Shown in pieces: positions 1 to 14,500 of a stretch of DNA of 64,000 bases. The stretch comes from Cyanophora paradoxa CCMP329. Lineage: Eukaryota; Plantae; Glaucophyta. The notes beneath the pieces were generated by a model that saw nothing but the letters and a program-made list of their open reading frames with translations, was not told the origin of the DNA and did not search any database. The position numbers and the translations under genes were made by a program. Within the stretch, counting starts at the first letter, position 1. Each line of letters opens with the position of its first letter. The DNA lies in NCBI GenBank assembly GCA_004431415.1, contig QPMI01000564.1:186001-250000 (forward strand), written 5' to 3'.

Positions 1-1330
1 AGCGCATACGCAGGAGATCGCGATCGAGACCTGAACAGTGGCGTCCGCGGCCGGCGCGTTCGCGGCGGAGCCGGTCGAAAAGCAGCTGAATTCCCCGCTT
101 GGTGCGCGCCTCCCCGCTCTTCAGCGCCGCGCCTCGCGCGACGCGGCGGGGCGAGCGCAGGAGACCTGAACTCGGAACCGCGGCGCAATCACATTACCGC
201 GCGCGGCTGGAGGCCCCGATTAAAAAACAAAGCGCGGCCACTAGTACTGGGCCATCCTCACGCCTTGAAGCCCCAAGATCCCAAGTCCACTCCTGCTCCG
301 CAGGGACTCGCTTGTTATGAGAAAAACGGCGCCGGCACTGCCTTATGATCGTGAGTGCGCGTGCCGTGTGCGGCGGTGACTGGCACTGACTGCAGCTAGC
401 GCTGCGCTGCGCATGCGGCGACTCTGCGCATGCCAGCTAGAGTCCGACGGTCTGCGCATATGCACGGTTATGCATGCCGCATGCGCATTGCGCATGCGCA
501 CCGCGGCGCCCGGCGGCCGGCGCCGGCTCCGGGCTAGCGCGGCGGCGGCCGCCCCCGGCGGCGGCCCGGCGGCCCGGCGGCTATAGCTATTAGCTAGCGC
601 TGCAGGCTGCAGCCGGCGAGCTGGCATAGCCTGGCAGGCAGTACTAGTGGCACACGTGCACTGGCACGGCAGCCCGGGGCCTGGCAGCCTGGCGGCTGGC
701 TGGCGGCTGGCTGGCGCTTCAGGTTTCCGAAGCGCTAGCTATAGCGCTTCTGCCGCTGCATGCAGATCTAGAGGGGCGCCGCCGCCGCCGAGCGGCCCGG
801 GCGGGATGATGCGCCGGGATCCGGAAGAAATTAAAGCAAGCAACGCCGTGACGAGCGCGATCAGATATCATAGTGTATATGTCGCGATTGCGGGCCTCTG
901 AGGTTCGCGATCGCGTGCGCGCGAGGCGCCGGCCTAGCCGCCTGGGCTCTCGGAGGCCGCCCTCCAGATCCCCTGTGAGTCCAGACTCCAGACTCCAGAT
1001 CTAGATGTGAGAGTCCGACCAGCACTCGGGGAGTGCACACACGTGGGGCCAGGCCCGAGCCTCGGAGGCCCCCCGGCTCAGGGGGGCCAGGCTTAAGGCC
1101 CGGGCCCGCGCAGGCTACTCATACCAAAGCCGATCGAGATCTCGAGGTGGCGCCGCGCGGCTACATTTACTCCCAGCGAAATTCTACGAGCTCGCGACTA
1201 ACATGTACAACCAAAAATCAAAACTCGTTCTGAAGTGGCCGGGCCATGGCTAACGCCTGAGAAATGTAGCGGTCGTCACGGTGACGGCGATATCACTGAT
1301 CATGACATCGGAAATCAGGCCAAGATGTAG

Positions 1331-2423
1331 CTAGGGGGCTGCCAGGCGCCAGCGCGCAATGTACTCTTTGCCCTCCCGCATCGGGTGCGACTCGGTGACC
1401 CGCCGCAGCAGCTGCGCGGCGAGGTTCAGGAGGGGGTACAGGCTCACTCGCCGGGGTACGAAGCCGCTCGCGATCGCTCATGACCACGCACCGTGGCCTC
1501 AAAGCCGAGGGGGGTAAGGAGGCCCGCCACGAGGTCCTGCACAGTTCGAAATGTCGGCCGAGGGCGCCGGGGTGGGTACAGTAATAGTGTCCTGGGAGGG
1601 GTAGGACTGCGCGGACCAGGCTCATCGCGTACGGGGGTCCGGTCGTGTGGGTGCCGATGGGGAAGATCTTCGCGGGGGGAGGGGGTACGTCACACTTGAT
1701 TCGGCGGTATAACGGGGGTACGTGCGCACCAGGGTGACGAGCTCGCCCCCCGGGGCAACGAGGGAGGCCATCTTCTCGGCCCACTTCTGCCTCAGCTCGG
1801 GCGGCAGCGCGCACAGGAACGTATAGCTGGGGGGACGCAGTCGGAAACGACTGGAACAAGCGGAGATGGGGGGGTACGGCACGAACTCGTAAACCAGGTC
1901 GAACTTGTCCCGCGGGGACTCGCCCAAGTCGAAGAATGACGCCTCCACGAACCGAACCCGGGACCGCCAGGCGGTGGAGGCGGCGTCGGCTCCCGCCTCT
2001 TTATCGGCGAGCTGCGATCAGGATGCGCGCGCGCGAGGGGCCAGCTGTCAGGTTCTCTTGCGCATGGAAGGGCCGGGGGTACGCGCGCGCCTCGTTCGCG
2101 ACGGACACCGCCGTTGCCGAGATGTCGACGCCGAGCGCCTGGTACCCTTCCCGGGCGAGGGCGAGGGCGTCGTACCCGGAGCCGCAGCCGGGTACGAGGG
2201 CACGGCCGCGGGGCAGGGGCGGGAGGGCGCCGGAGGAGGCTTCGGAGAGAAGGCGGGCGAGGGCCGGGGCGGGCCGGCCGGCGTCCCAGCCCGTCTGCTT
2301 CTTGCGCCACGCCTCGTCCCAGCCGGCGCCGCCGTCGCGGTTCGGGTTGGGGGGAGCCGACGCGAGGATCTTCGCGGTTGCCTCGTCGGCGCCGCCAGCC
2401 GGCGCGCCGCCCTCGGCGGACAT
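1331..2423 (-). CDS. Host thiol/halide methyltransferase (TPMT/HOL-like, SAM-dependent), multi-exon
   Basis: Exons read GWDEAWRKKQTGWDAGRPAPAL, ALVPGCGSGYD (SAM motif I), GVDISATAV, SFFD..FDLVY, YTFLCALPPELRQKWA, LVAPGGELVTL, IFPIG..GPPYAM, ending ..REGKEYIARWRLAAP-TAG at 1331. ATG at 2423; short introns between blocks. Confidence 0.9.
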
Positions 2424-3359
2424 CGAGACGAGTACTGGTGAGGGAGAGGGAAGCCGGGAGGGCGGGAACGCAAGGCCTCTCGCGCACGAAGTCCCTCGAA
2501 CTCCCTGCGCGCGCGCCGGCGAACCGGTCACGGCGGCCTGGCGCAGGCAGTACGCCAGCGCAGCACTTCACGAGTTCTCCGGGTCCGTGCGAATTATCAT
2601 TGATTTCTTAAGCGGATTGCGCGAGCTTGCACGCACCACGAAGCGAGAATGTGAGCTTGAGAAGCGTGCAGATCGCTTTATCGCGCCCTGCTGCTGAGCT
2701 TGCTGCGGTGCGCTGTAGCTAGATGCAATGCAGACGCGGCGCGCTGGAACGCGCGGGATGCTCTGTGTGCTGGCTGGGATGACGCCGCCGCTCCGGCAAA
2801 AGAGCATCGACGCTCCGGCTGATGCTAGCAGCTACAACGATTCGCTAGCAGCTGTACGCTATAACGAGCTGCGGCGCAGGGCCTACGCAAGTGCGCTTGC
2901 GTAAAATGCGACAAGTGCGTCACTTGGGGGGTACGGAGCGTGTTCGTAACCGGGTACGTAGAATCGGCCGGCAAATCGCGGCCCGCAGGCCCCGCGCCCG
3001 CATGCGGAGCACGGCACTGCCCTTGCGGCTTAGCCGCGCGCCCATTGGACCTCCCCTCGCGCACACGCTGCGCCCATCTTCCGCCCCTCTGGTGGCGGGC
3101 TCGCATGGAGTTCCGGCGTGCTGCCCGATCGAGCGGCTGCTGTTGTCGGCGGTTCAGCGGCATGCCCGGTCCCACGCGACCACCGCGTTCAAGCCGCAGC
3201 GCCCGCTTGTGAGGCGGAGGCCAAAGGTGCAACTCCTGGGGCCCGCTTTGCCGCCGGCGCCCCTCACAGAAGATGCCGCCACGCCCCCCGGTGCGCTGCT
3301 CTCGCCGTGCCGGCGCTCGGCCGCGTGATCGCCTCCCGGCCGTGTAGCTAAGCGGTCGC

Positions 3360-5120
3360 CGCAGGCTCGGGCGGGCTCGCGGAGACGGAGGAGAGCGCGG
3401 TGCGCGAGATCGTTGCGGCGGTGAGCAACCTGGAGCCGTGGATGGCGGAGCTGGCGGTGCGCCCGCCCCCGCGACGCTCCGCCGCCCCGCCGCGCCGACG
3501 CGCCGGCCGCGCGGCAGCTGCCCGATGCGCGGCCGCTGCTGGATCGCGTGAGCGCCGAGGCGGTGGCGAGGGACGGCCCCGGTGCCGCGGAGGCGCGCGT
3601 GGCCGGCGTCCTCGCCCGCGCCGTCGACGGGCTCCTCTCCGGCCCGCAGGGCCTCGAGCGCGCCGAGTCGCTCTGCAAGGCCGCGATGTGGCTCGGCATC
3701 GCGCCGGGCTCGGCCTCGGCGGCGGCCGTCGCGGCGCCGCTCGCGAGGCACCTCGCCCTGCGGCCCGACGGCGACTGGGCGCGCTTCCAGGCGATGCTCG
3801 CGGGGCTGCACCCCTCCGCCTCGGGCCCGGCCGCCGAGGAGCTGAGGTCCCTCGCCGCCCTCGGCCTGGCCGTCCGGGGCGACGTGGCGGCCGCCCGCGC
3901 CGCGCTCCCCGAGGGCGGCGCGGCCCCCGAGCGGCGCTGGCCGGCCGCGCTGCTGCTGGGCGCGGCGGCGGCGGCGCGCGCCGCGGAGCCCGAGCGAGCG
4001 GCGGCCGCGCTGCGGGCGATCGGCGGCGCGCTGGCGGCGCTGCCGGAGGAGGCGCTGGCCCCGGGCGAGGCCCGTGCGTGGGCCCGCGCCGCGCTGGCGG
4101 ACGCGCGCGTGGCCCCCGCCTCGCTCGTGCCGGCGGCGGAGGCGCTGAGCGAGGGGCTCGCCTCGGGCGGGCACGCGGCGCGGGCGGCCGAGGCGCGGGC
4201 CGGCGCCCTGGACGCGGCGGCGGACCGCGGGCTGGCGGAGGCGGCGCGCGTGCTGGCGCCCCGCGTGCCGGGCGGGTCCCTGGGCCTGGCGCGCGCGCTG
4301 GCGTCCGACCCGCCCGCCTCGCCGCCGAGCTGGGGACCTTGCTGGCGGCGGCCCCGCGGCGGAGGCGGAGGCCGCCGGCGCGCTGCTGGCGCGCGCGACG
4401 GCGGCGGCGGCGGCCGCGCGCGGGCGGCGGCGGAGGCGGGCGAGCGGGCGGCGCAGGGCGTGTGGAAGGCGCTGGGCGGCGTGGAGAAGACAGCGGCGCC
4501 GGCCGCCGTCGCGCGCGCCTGGGTCGCCGCGCTGACGTCCCTGGCGGCGGCCGCGGGCCCCGCCGGCCGCCGGCCGCTGCTAGCGGCGGCGGAGGAGGTG
4601 GGCGGCTGGCGGGCCCCTTGGGCCGGGCGGCGCGCGCGGCGGCGCGGCGGGCGGCGCGGCTGCTGGGCGAGGGCGGGCGGCGGCGAGCGAGGAGGCGGCG
4701 CGGCGCGCGCTGGCGTCGGTGCGGGCGGGGCGGCCCGTCTCGCGCGGGGCGTGCGTGGCGCTCGCGGAGGCGGCGGAGGCGGCGCGCTCGCCGCGCCTCG
4801 CGGCGGCGGCGGCGCACGTGCTGCGGGAGTGGAGCGCCAAGGCGCAGCGTCCCGCAGACCGGCGCTGGGCCGCCGTGCGCGCCGCCAAGGCCCTCGCCCC
4901 CGCCGACTCGGCCCGCGCCGCCTCCGCCTGGCTCGCCGCCTCCGAGAAGGGTCCGACCCGCCCTCCTCCCCCCACATCTCCGCCTGCTCCTTTGACTGAG
5001 CGCAGCGGCGGGGGCGGACTCGGGGGCGGCGCTGGCGGCGTTGCACGCTGAGGCCCTCGCCGCCCTCCCGCCCGACCTCGCCGAGGCCGCCCTCCGGGTC
5101 CGCCCGCGGCAAAACTGAGC
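3360..5120 (+). CDS. Host gene, Ala/Leu-rich helical protein of unknown function (boundaries uncertain)
   Basis: Long GC3-biased reading frames (3548 ORF: AESLCKAAMWLG.., VWKALGGVEK..) with apparent frame changes. No recognisable family. Confidence 0.4.
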
Positions 5121-5429
5121 TAAACATGGCTAAGCTGAGCTAAGCTAGAGCTGGAGCTAAAGCATAAGGGTTAAAAGATCTTGATGGGTACAGGCGATTC
5201 GCTTGAAAAGGGCCGACCTCCTCCCCCTCCTCCCCCTCCCCGTCCTTCCACCTCTGACGGCGGCGGCGGCAGGAGGCGGCCGAGCGGCACGGCCTCGCGC
5301 TGGGCGAGCGGCTGGCGCCGGCGGCGGCCGCCGCCCACCGCGCCGCCGGCTTCGAGCTCCGGGTGCGCGGCCCCTCCCCGCCAAGCAAAGCAGAGCGAAG
5401 CCGAGCGGAGCCGAGCTAAGAAACACATG

Positions 5430-8400
5430 AAGCCTGGAGCGCCGCCGTAGCTGAGCGAGGCTGAGCGCTCGCTGCTTCGCCGGCGCAGGCCCAGCGGGCG
5501 CTGGACCTGCTGCCGCTGCAGGCGCTGGCGGGGCCGCTGCGGGCCTGCCCGGCGCCCTGCGAGGCCGACCGCGAGGCCCGCGGCGACGCCGGCGCCGACG
5601 CCGGCGGCGAGATCGCCGTCGAGGACTTCGTGCGCACCCGACCCGACCCGTCGAGAATAATGCAAGGCCATGGCGCGCCTTCCTCTTCTTCTCACGTTCC
5701 CTTCCGCGGCAGACGCTGGACGCGGTCGGCGCGATGGGCGCCCGCAGCGTCCGGGGCTCCACCGCGCCCCTCGGCGCACTCGCCGCCTCGCTGGTGCAGT
5801 AGCAGTACCCCCCGAACCCCCGGCCCGGCCCGGCCCCGGCCGACCCGCTGCCCGGGCAGGTGGCGGCCGCGCTGGAAGCGCCCTCCCCCGACCGCGTCGC
5901 CTCCGCCGTGCGCAGCGCCCCTCTAGATCCCAAACGCCCCCCGCCAATCGATCCTGGAGCCGACGCTCCCCCGTCCTCGCAGGTGGCGGCGGCGGTGCCC
6001 CGCGCACTCTCGCTCAGCGGGGCGCACCGCGCGCGCGCCCTCGCCGCCGCCGTCGCCTCGGTCGCCTCGGAGCACTTCGACGTCGACCGGTGCGTGCGAG
6101 GCCGGGGGCGCGGTGCTCGAGGGCGGCTCCCGATGGGCGGGCGCAGGGCCGAGGCGCTGGCGCTGGCGGGCCCCGCGGCCGGCCTGCCCCTCTCCCCCGC
6201 CGCCGCCCTCCCCGTCATGGAGGTCCTCGTACCCCCCCCGCCGCCCCCCTCGCCGCTTTTCGACCTGGGCGGTGGCAGGCGCGGGCGGCGGGCGGGTCGC
6301 GCGGGGCGGTGGAGGCGATGTACGCGGCGGCGGAGGCGGCGCGGCCCCCATGGAGCAGCCCGACACGCCCCTCGGCGCGCCCCGGCTCCGGGGCCTACCT
6401 CCCGCCCTCCTTTCCGCTCTGACGTCGACGGCGCGGCGCGGCAGCGGTGCTGCTGGGCGCTGCGCGGGCGGCGGACGGGGACCTCAACGGCGCCCGCGCC
6501 GCCGTCGGCCGCGTCGCCCGGCCCCGGACCTCACCGAAGAGTGCGCCCCGCCTGCTTACAAGAAGAGGCTCGCTCGCTCTAAGGGGCGGGGGCAGGGAGC
6601 TGTACGGGGAGGCGCTGCTGGAGGGGGCGGCGCTGCGGGCCGCCGCCGCCCTCCGCCTCGCTCACGACGAGGCCGCCTCCGCGGCGCGCCCCGGCCTCTG
6701 ACGCCGCTTCTGGGCCGCTTCCTTCTGACGTCTCGCGGGCGGCAGGCGTGCGCGGAGGGGGCGGCGGCGCTCCTCGCGGTCTTCGCGGACAGCGTGGAGC
6801 GGCCAGCGGGGGGCCACTGGGCGCCCGACGCGCGCTCGGCCCGCGGGAACCGCGTGTCGCGCTGGGCGCTGGACCTCTTCCGCTCGGCCGCGCACGCCGG
6901 GCGCTTCCGGGAGGCGGTGGAGGTGGTGCTCGAGGGCGGGGCCCTCCCGCAGGAGAACCCGCCCCGCCCCGACCGCCGCCTCTTCGACGCCGACGTCGCC
7001 CTTGGCGCCCTCTGGGCCCTCAAGGAGGCACGCGTTCTTGCTTCAATTTGTTATGAGCCCGTACCTCGACTTGACGGTCCCTAACTCCCCCTCAGGCGGC
7101 GGCGGAGGGGGCGGCGCTGGAGGACGTCGGCCGCCTCGCCGACCGCGTCTGCGCGGGGCCCTGGATGGACGCCTTCCGGTTCGACTCCCCCTCCGGCCCC
7201 TTTTCCTCCTCCGCGCCCCGACCCGCCCGCGCGCAGGCGGGCGTGCGTCGCTGCGGAGGGGCGCCTTGCGGCGCGGGCCGCGGCGCCGCCCGGGGCGGCC
7301 GGGGGGGCCTGGGCCGTCGACGAGGACGAGGCGGGCGAGGCGGTCCGCTGCTACCCCCTCGAGCCTCCCTCCCCCACCCACCCCTTCCGATCGGGTCGCG
7401 TACCCCCCGCAGGCCGAGATCATGAGAGGCAGGCGCGTGTTCGACTACGCGTGGAACATGTTCACCATCGAGGCGTCGCTCCCGCCGAACCCCGCCGGTG
7501 CGGATGCGCCGTACCCCCCTTCGGTGGCCCGCGCCGCCCCGGAGCGAGCGCCGGCGCCCGCAGCGGCGACGTGGCTCCTCGTCCTCCTGCGGGTCGCGGG
7601 GCACTGCGCCCGCTCCCAGCGCGACGTCATGGTGCCGTACCCCCCTCTTCTCCCCCCCTTTCCTCCCCCATCCCCCGACTCGCGCGCAGGTGCTCAGCGG
7701 GCTGCTGCCGACGGTCATCGGGCACCGGCTGCTGGGCCCGCCCGCCGTCTGGACCCTCTTCGGGCCCCTGAAGGCCAGGGCCGAGTCCGGCGCCTTCGAG
7801 CCCCTCAAGGCCCGCCCCCGCGCCCGCGCCCCGCGCCGTACCCCTCCGCTGCCGCCGCCGGGCTGATCGGTGCACGTAACCCCCAGGAGCGCCTCCGCGG
7901 CTTCCTCGTGCACTGGGCGGCCGAGCTTTGCTACGCGGCGCGGCGTACCCCCTCCTTGGGCCCCGGCGCACGGCACGAGGCCCGCCCGCGCCCCCCGAGC
8001 CGAGCGACGGTTTCTTTCTTTACCGTACCCCTCCCAGGTCCTCAGGATCGCGGAGGCAGCCGACCCGCTACTGGATGACGTCACGCGCTCGCGCCTCCAA
8101 ATGCACGCCCAGGTCCGCTGCGCCGTACTCCTGCCCCCCCCCCCCCCCCCCCTCCCCCTCCTTTCTTCCCCTTACCCTTCCCCGCAGCTGGCGCGGGGGG
8201 CGGGGAACCCCGCCGCTCTCTCGGAGCTCATCGCGAAAATCCGGGAGGTCCGTACCCCCCTTTTTGTCTTTCTCCCCCCGTCCCGACTCGGGGGTACGTG
8301 CGCGCGCAGGAGCACGCGCGGAACCGGACGGCGAGCTTCGACGCGTACATGGAGATCGTGCGGCGCTGTACCCCGCGCCCGCCTCCGCCTTCTGAGCCGC

Positions 8401-9699
8401 GCCTTGTTCGACGCCAGACGCGGCTGGTGATGGCGGTCGGGGAGCAGGACGAGGAGGCGGGGGCGGCCGCCGCCTCCCTCCTCCAGGAGGCCCGCGCCCG
8501 CGGTCCGCCCCGCTCCCCTCCCCTCCTCTCCCCTCCCCTCCTCGCTGCCCTCGCCGAAGAACGCGGGGGGCAGGGCTGGAGCCGGGGTTCGGGCACGCGA
8601 ACGAGGCGGTGGCGCGGACGGTGGCGGGGGACCTGCGCGGCAGCCTCGTCTCCCTCGAGCTCGCCCGCCGGGGTACGACAATCCACGCCCCCCGGCCCCG
8701 ACCCCGGCCCCGCCCCGGCGCCCCCCGATCGCTCGGGCTGTCCATCTGAGGGGCCCGGCACGGCGCAACGCAGCCATCGAGCGCAAGGCGGCCGCGGTGC
8801 GGAGCGAGATCCCGGAGGGGGACAGGCGCCTCCTCGTCTTCGCCCACAACACGTGCGCACCGCGGCCGCACCCCCTTAATCGCTCTTGTGCACCCTGACG
8901 CTCCGTTTCTGTCCGCGCGAAGCATCATCGCCGCGATCGTCAACGAGACGCGCGACGGGCGTACCCTCTCCGAGGATGAGGTACCCCCGTCCTTTATCCT
9001 TCCCGCACGCTGCCCTGCCCACGCCTGGGCACAGGTCAGCACTGTTATTGAGGTGGTCAAGAGGGCCGGGGCCGCCCGCCTCCCGATCCACCCGGTACCC
9101 CACCCCGCTCCCGCACCGCGACTCTCGCACCCCGCCCACGATTTTCGGCGCAGGCGCTCACCAACCGGATCGGGCGGGCGCTCGTGGCGACGCCGGCGTA
9201 CCCCGCGCGGACCCTGGAGGCGGCGCTTCGTTCGCTGGGGCGTACCCCCGGGACGACAAGGGAGGACAGGAGCCACCCGGAGTTCCCGCTTCCGAGCCGG
9301 GTACAGCGCCTGGCGGAGGCGCGGGCACGGCGGGTGGGCGAGGGCGGAGCGGCCGCGGGGGCCGAGGAGGAGACGGGGGTCGAGGGGGAGGAGGAGGAGG
9401 AGGAGGAGAAGATGGGGCGGCGTCGGCGGCGCCAGCAGCGGGCGAAGGCGGCGGCGGAGGCGGCCGCGGTGGAGGCCGCGGCGTCGGCGGAGGCGGAAGG
9501 GGCGGCGCCGGGGCGGGCGGAGGCGGGAGGGGCCGAGGAGGATCCGCTGGCGGGCACGGGCCTGCCGCCGATGCCGCCGCCGCCGCCCCGGCCGGCCGGG
9601 GACGAGGACGCCGCTGAGGCGGAGGCCGGCGGCAAGAGGCGCGCCAAGGGCAAGAAGGGTCGCAAGGGCGCCGGCGCCGGCGCTGGCGAGCGGGACTGA
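5430..9699 (+). CDS. Host multi-exon gene of unknown function with acidic/basic C-terminus
   Basis: Exon-like blocks (LFDADVALGALWAL, RVFDYAWNMFT, FLVHWAAEL) separated by short C-rich introns. Last exon ends EEEE..KKGRKGAGAGAGERD-TGA at 9699. Confidence 0.45.
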
Positions 9700-11549
9700 T
9701 CGCGCCCCGCTACAGGCCACAGCCTCCTGCTCCCTGCAGCTGCTGTCTCGAATGGAACAGGTTTTTTTTCGCATGGCTCCCCTGTGCAGCATCTGCGCGC
9801 GGGGGCCCCAGGGGGTACCGGCGTGCGGAGCGCCGCGCCGGGGACTCGTGATTGCAACAGTCCAACGGTTTCGCGTCCGCCCGGAGGCCGCCCCGCGAGC
9901 GAGGAGAACGAAGAGAGCCTGCCAATAAACTTCGAAACGCACTACAACCACCCTAGATTCTAAAGCGGCAGCGACGCGGTCACAGGAAAGTCGCCTCCTC
10001 AAAGTCAGCGATCTCCGCCGACGCCTGCCCGGAGGGGGTACGCGTCAGCAGTCGCGGGGGTAGATGACTGAGTTTTTCGGGGTACAGCGGCACCTCGAGC
10101 TCAGCGCAGGTGTCCTCTTCGACAAAGAACGAGGGCGCGGCGGCCGCGGACTCTGCGGGGGGAGGTCTTCGGCGGGGTGGCGGCGGCGGGTACGGTGCCG
10201 GCTGCGGCGGATCGCGTACCCTCCTCGGCGGGGAGTCCTGAGAGGTCGGCCTCCTCTACGGCCGCGTTCGTGCTGCCCGCAACCTGCCGCGTGCGCTCGG
10301 ACGGTCGCGCGGCGCGGGCGGGCGGGGCGGGCGGGCGGAGGGCAGAGCAGGCGCCATTCCCCCGGGGGCGGGCGGACCTGTCCGGAGAGGTGGGCTTCCG
10401 TCCAGTGCTGCGAGGAGTGCTGCGCGGCGCCTGCCGTCAGTCCCGCGGCCGCGGCCAAGGGCAGAACCGGTTTCGCTCGCCTGCGTCGTGACGCGCTCCT
10501 CGTGCGGCATCGTGTCGATCTTGCTCTGTGCCTTCTGTTCGGCACGCTGCACCCTGCCGCGAGGAGCGGTCAGGGTTCCACCGTGGGAACGAACGTTGCG
10601 GCTAGCGGCTTCCGTCGCCGGTCTTCTCTTGGTTCAGGAAGCCTATCGTTGGCCAGGGAGCGTCGGGCAACTAGCTGGCTAGGGCCGGAACGACAGCCGC
10701 ACAAACGGCTCGCCGAGGCGGCAGCGAAGCCTTGCCCAAACCGCTTCAAACGAGCGAAACACGCACTGTGCCTGCATGACCAGCGCCTTCGCCAGCGAGC
10801 CCGAGACGTGCAGTACCATTTTGAAACGTACCCCGCTGTGAAGTGCTCCCGGCGAAATACTACAGTACCCCCGCCGGCCAATAGAACCGCGAGTTTCGCG
10901 GCGTACCTCAACATCTATTGGGCCCAAATGGGAGCGGTCGCTGAGCGTCGAGCTCGAGCTCGTCGATGGACCGATCTTCTACTGTAGGCTAGATCTAGAT
11001 CTGCGCATGCGGCTGTTGGATGGGCGAAGGGTTTCCCGCGGAATCCCGGCGATATCGATTTCCCGGCCGCGGACCCGGCGCGCCGTCCGCAATAGCTATA
11101 GCGTGCAGCATTTGCAAATCGCAATTTTGCAAGGCGAGCTCGCTTAAGAAGCTTTCGCGCGCGGACCGGAGGCGCAAGCAGCGCAACGCGAATCGCGGAC
11201 GGACTCCGGGAAAGCGGCGCCGGCGGGATCGATCGATTGCTGAGCTGGATTTCCGGAAGTGCGGCGCGGCATCAGAAGACAGCTCTGGGAAGCGATCGGG
11301 AGCGCGGCGCGCTCGCTAGCTATAGGGGCAGCGGTTTCATCTCGCGCATCGACGCGAGCCGTGCCGGCAAACGATCGCGGCCGCTTCCCGCGCAGCAGCG
11401 CTGCCATCGATATCGTACGGCGGCGCCGGCGCGCGCCCGGGGCAGCAGCAGCTGCCAGACCGTCGCGCTCGTTCAGGCTAATCGCCCGCCCGATGCGCGG
11501 CGAGAAGGGGCCGGCGCCCCGCTTCCGGCCCGGGCCCCGCCCGTCGAGG

Positions 11550-14500
11550 ATGGCGGCCGCGGCGCCGGCGCCGTCGACGGCCGCGCTCCTCGCGGTCTCG
11601 CTCGCGATCGCCTTCGCGGCGCTGGTCGGCGCGGCGCTCGCCCAGTCGCCCCCAAACAAGACGATCAGCGTCCCCGTGGGAGGGTCTGCGCTTGCGCGCT
11701 CGCCCTCTCCTCCAGATCTTTAAAAATTTAGTCCGCCGCGGCCGCCGGCGCCGGCGCTTCCGACCCCGGCCCCCGCAGGGCGTGGCAGCTGCAGGACAAG
11801 ACGGCCGGCGCCATCATGGCCTCCGCCTTCCGGTCCGCCCCGCCCCGCCTCGCTGCTCCGCTGCGGGCTGCTCACGGGCGGGCGGCAGGCTGGCGGTGGC
11901 GGAGATCAACGCGCAGGGCGCCGTCCTGCCTGACATCCGCCTCGTGGAGCACATCGCCGACCAGGGCGCGCCCCGCCCCTCACGATCGCGGCGCTTTGAA
12001 TTGTGGAGCTCGCGGCTGAATTGTGAGGCCGGCTCGTCCGCGCCCGCCCGCAGGCTCTGACAACATCGCGGCTACCTCCTCCGGTTCGCCCAGTTCCTTC
12101 CAGGCCTTTGTTGTCGGGCGGCCGGCTGAGGGGCCGGGGCCGGGGGCGCGGGCGCGGGGGCGCAGTGCTGAAGCTGGCGGGGAACGGGGCGCTCTTCGTC
12201 GTCGGCCTCCGCACCAGCAAGGCCGCCGAGCCCATGAGCTACCTCCTCAACGGCTTCAAGGCGCGTGATTGTTCTTTTTGTGATTATATTCGAGCTGAGA
12301 GCAGAGAACTAGCTAAAGCTACAGTGTCCAGTTTATATGTACGTGTGTAAATTTATTCTCCCCGACATCCGCAGGTCCCCCACGCCTCCATCTCCGCCTC
12401 AGCCCCTTCGTTCTCCATCAAGAAGGTGCGGCGTGCCGTGCCTGTACCCCTTCGGGCACCGGTACCCCTCGCCGGCGCGGCCCGACATCCTCCCCCCTTC
12501 AGGACTTCCCCTACTTCGCCCGCATGGTCCCCAGCGAGTGCGCCGTACCCCCGGAAGCCTAGCGCCCCTGTACCCCACTTCCGGGCTCACGTGTACCCCC
12601 CGCAGCTCCTTCCAGGGGGCCGCCCTCGCGCGCCTCGCCTACCAGAGCTACGGGTGGCGCCGGTACCCCTCCCCCGGCCCTCCTCGCCCTCCCCCCCTTC
12701 CCCTCACCACGTACCCCAGGTGCGCGATCGTGTCGACGACGGACGCGTACGGGAGCGGCATCCAGGGGGCCTTCGTGGCCGAGGCCAAGGTACCCGCCCG
12801 CCCGCCCCCCTCCCAAACCGGCTGCGGCCGCGCCTCGCCGGCCTCACAGCGGCGCGCGCCTCCCGCAGAAGCTGGGCCTGGCGGTGCTGGCGGCGCCGAC
12901 GTTCTTCTCGGGGGCGGCCGCCGCCTCCCTCGCCTCTGTCGTCCAGATCCTCAAGTCCTCCGGCGAGCCGCGCCCCCTCGCCCCGCCTTCCATTTGAGCC
13001 CTGACGCGTCTGCGTCCGGTAGACGCGCGGGTCTTCGTCTGCGCTATGCTCCACGGCGACGTCGCCACGGCGCGCTGGGCCCTCCTTTAAGCTTCCTTCC
13101 TCCTTCCGCTTCTGAGGGGGCGCATGCGCAGCTGGTGGCGGCGGCGGCGGGGGCGGGCCTCGTCGGGGACGACTTTGCCTGGCTCTTCTCCGACTCCGTG
13201 CGCCCCGCCCGCGCTTGGAAGAAGGCGGTCCAGACCTGAACCCGCGGGCGGGCGCAGGTTGCGGCCGACTCGTCGCTGGTGGGCAAGAGCCCCGCCGTCC
13301 TCGCCGCCCTCAAGGTGCCCCCGCTCCCCCAGCCCCCCCCCCGGAACCCAGGAGGAGCCCCCTGTCTGCCCCGCGGAGTGCCGACGCGGGGCCGGGGCGC
13401 AGGGTGCGGTGGGTATGCGGCCGTACGGGGGCGGCAAGTCGACGCCGGAGTACGTGTCGCTCCTCCAGCGCTGGGCCGCCCTCGACCCCGCCGCCGTGCG
13501 CGCTCCCCCCGCACTCGAAGCCTTTTCAAACCTCCCCTCTCCGATGGCCCCTCTGATCCGTCCGTGTTTGCGCAGTACTTCGGCGCCGGAGTCTCCACCA
13601 TCACGTACTACGGACGTGCGCGGCGTGAAATCTAATTATAAGCGTGCGCTGAGGCCGGGGGCAGCGTTCGCGTACGACGCGGTGTGGGCGTACGCGCGGG
13701 CGATGGACGCCATGGCGCGCGACGGCCACGACTTCTCCCGCTACAACTTCACCGTGCGCTCGGAGCTCGGTCCCGCTTCTTTTCGAGAGGAAGGAACCCG
13801 GCCTCACGTGACTCGCGATCGGCGGCAGGGAGCTCCGGGTACGACGAACGCGCTGGGCCCCGTGCTGAACGAGTACCTGGCGCGGGTCTCGTTCGCCGGC
13901 GCCACGGGCCGCGTCCAGTTCACCCCGGAGGGCGACCGCGTCGGCGTCTACGAGGTCCGAATCCAAGCTTATCAAAGACTCTCAGGATGCTGAGCGAGGT
14001 CGGCCGGCGGCGGCGGCGGTGGTGGCGGGGGCGGTGGCGCAGGTGATGAACATCCGCTCCTCGCCGCCCTCGTGGAGCGTCATCGGCATGTACGACGGCG
14101 CCGCCTTCTCCGTGCGCCCCGGCCCGGCCCGCCCCCGCCGGCGCGGCCCCTCTACTCTCTTCCCGCGCTAAATTCCCCAACAAGCGAAATTCAATGTGTT
14201 TCCCGATCCTTGGTCGGCTCTGATCGCCCCGCCCCCGCCCGCAGCCGGCGCAGCCGTCGGCGCTGTGGTACAGCGGCAGCTCCACCCCCCCGCAGGACAC
14301 CGCCGGTGCGGCTTCGAATCCCCGAGGGCCCGCATTTCCTTCTGCTCACGCATACGCTCCGGCCCCCGCGCAGCCCGCTGCGACGCCGGGTTCTACTCCG
14401 ACCCCGTCCGCGGCTGCATGCCCTGGTTCGAGTCCCCAGCCCGCGGGTCCTTCTTCCTCCTCCTCATACCCCCGAAGCGCCCCCGGAACGTACTCTCCTC

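Noticed and set aside
2825-10987. Many long Arg/Pro/Ala/Gly-rich ORFs on both strands
   Set aside because: By-products of extreme GC content and shadow frames of intron-containing genes.
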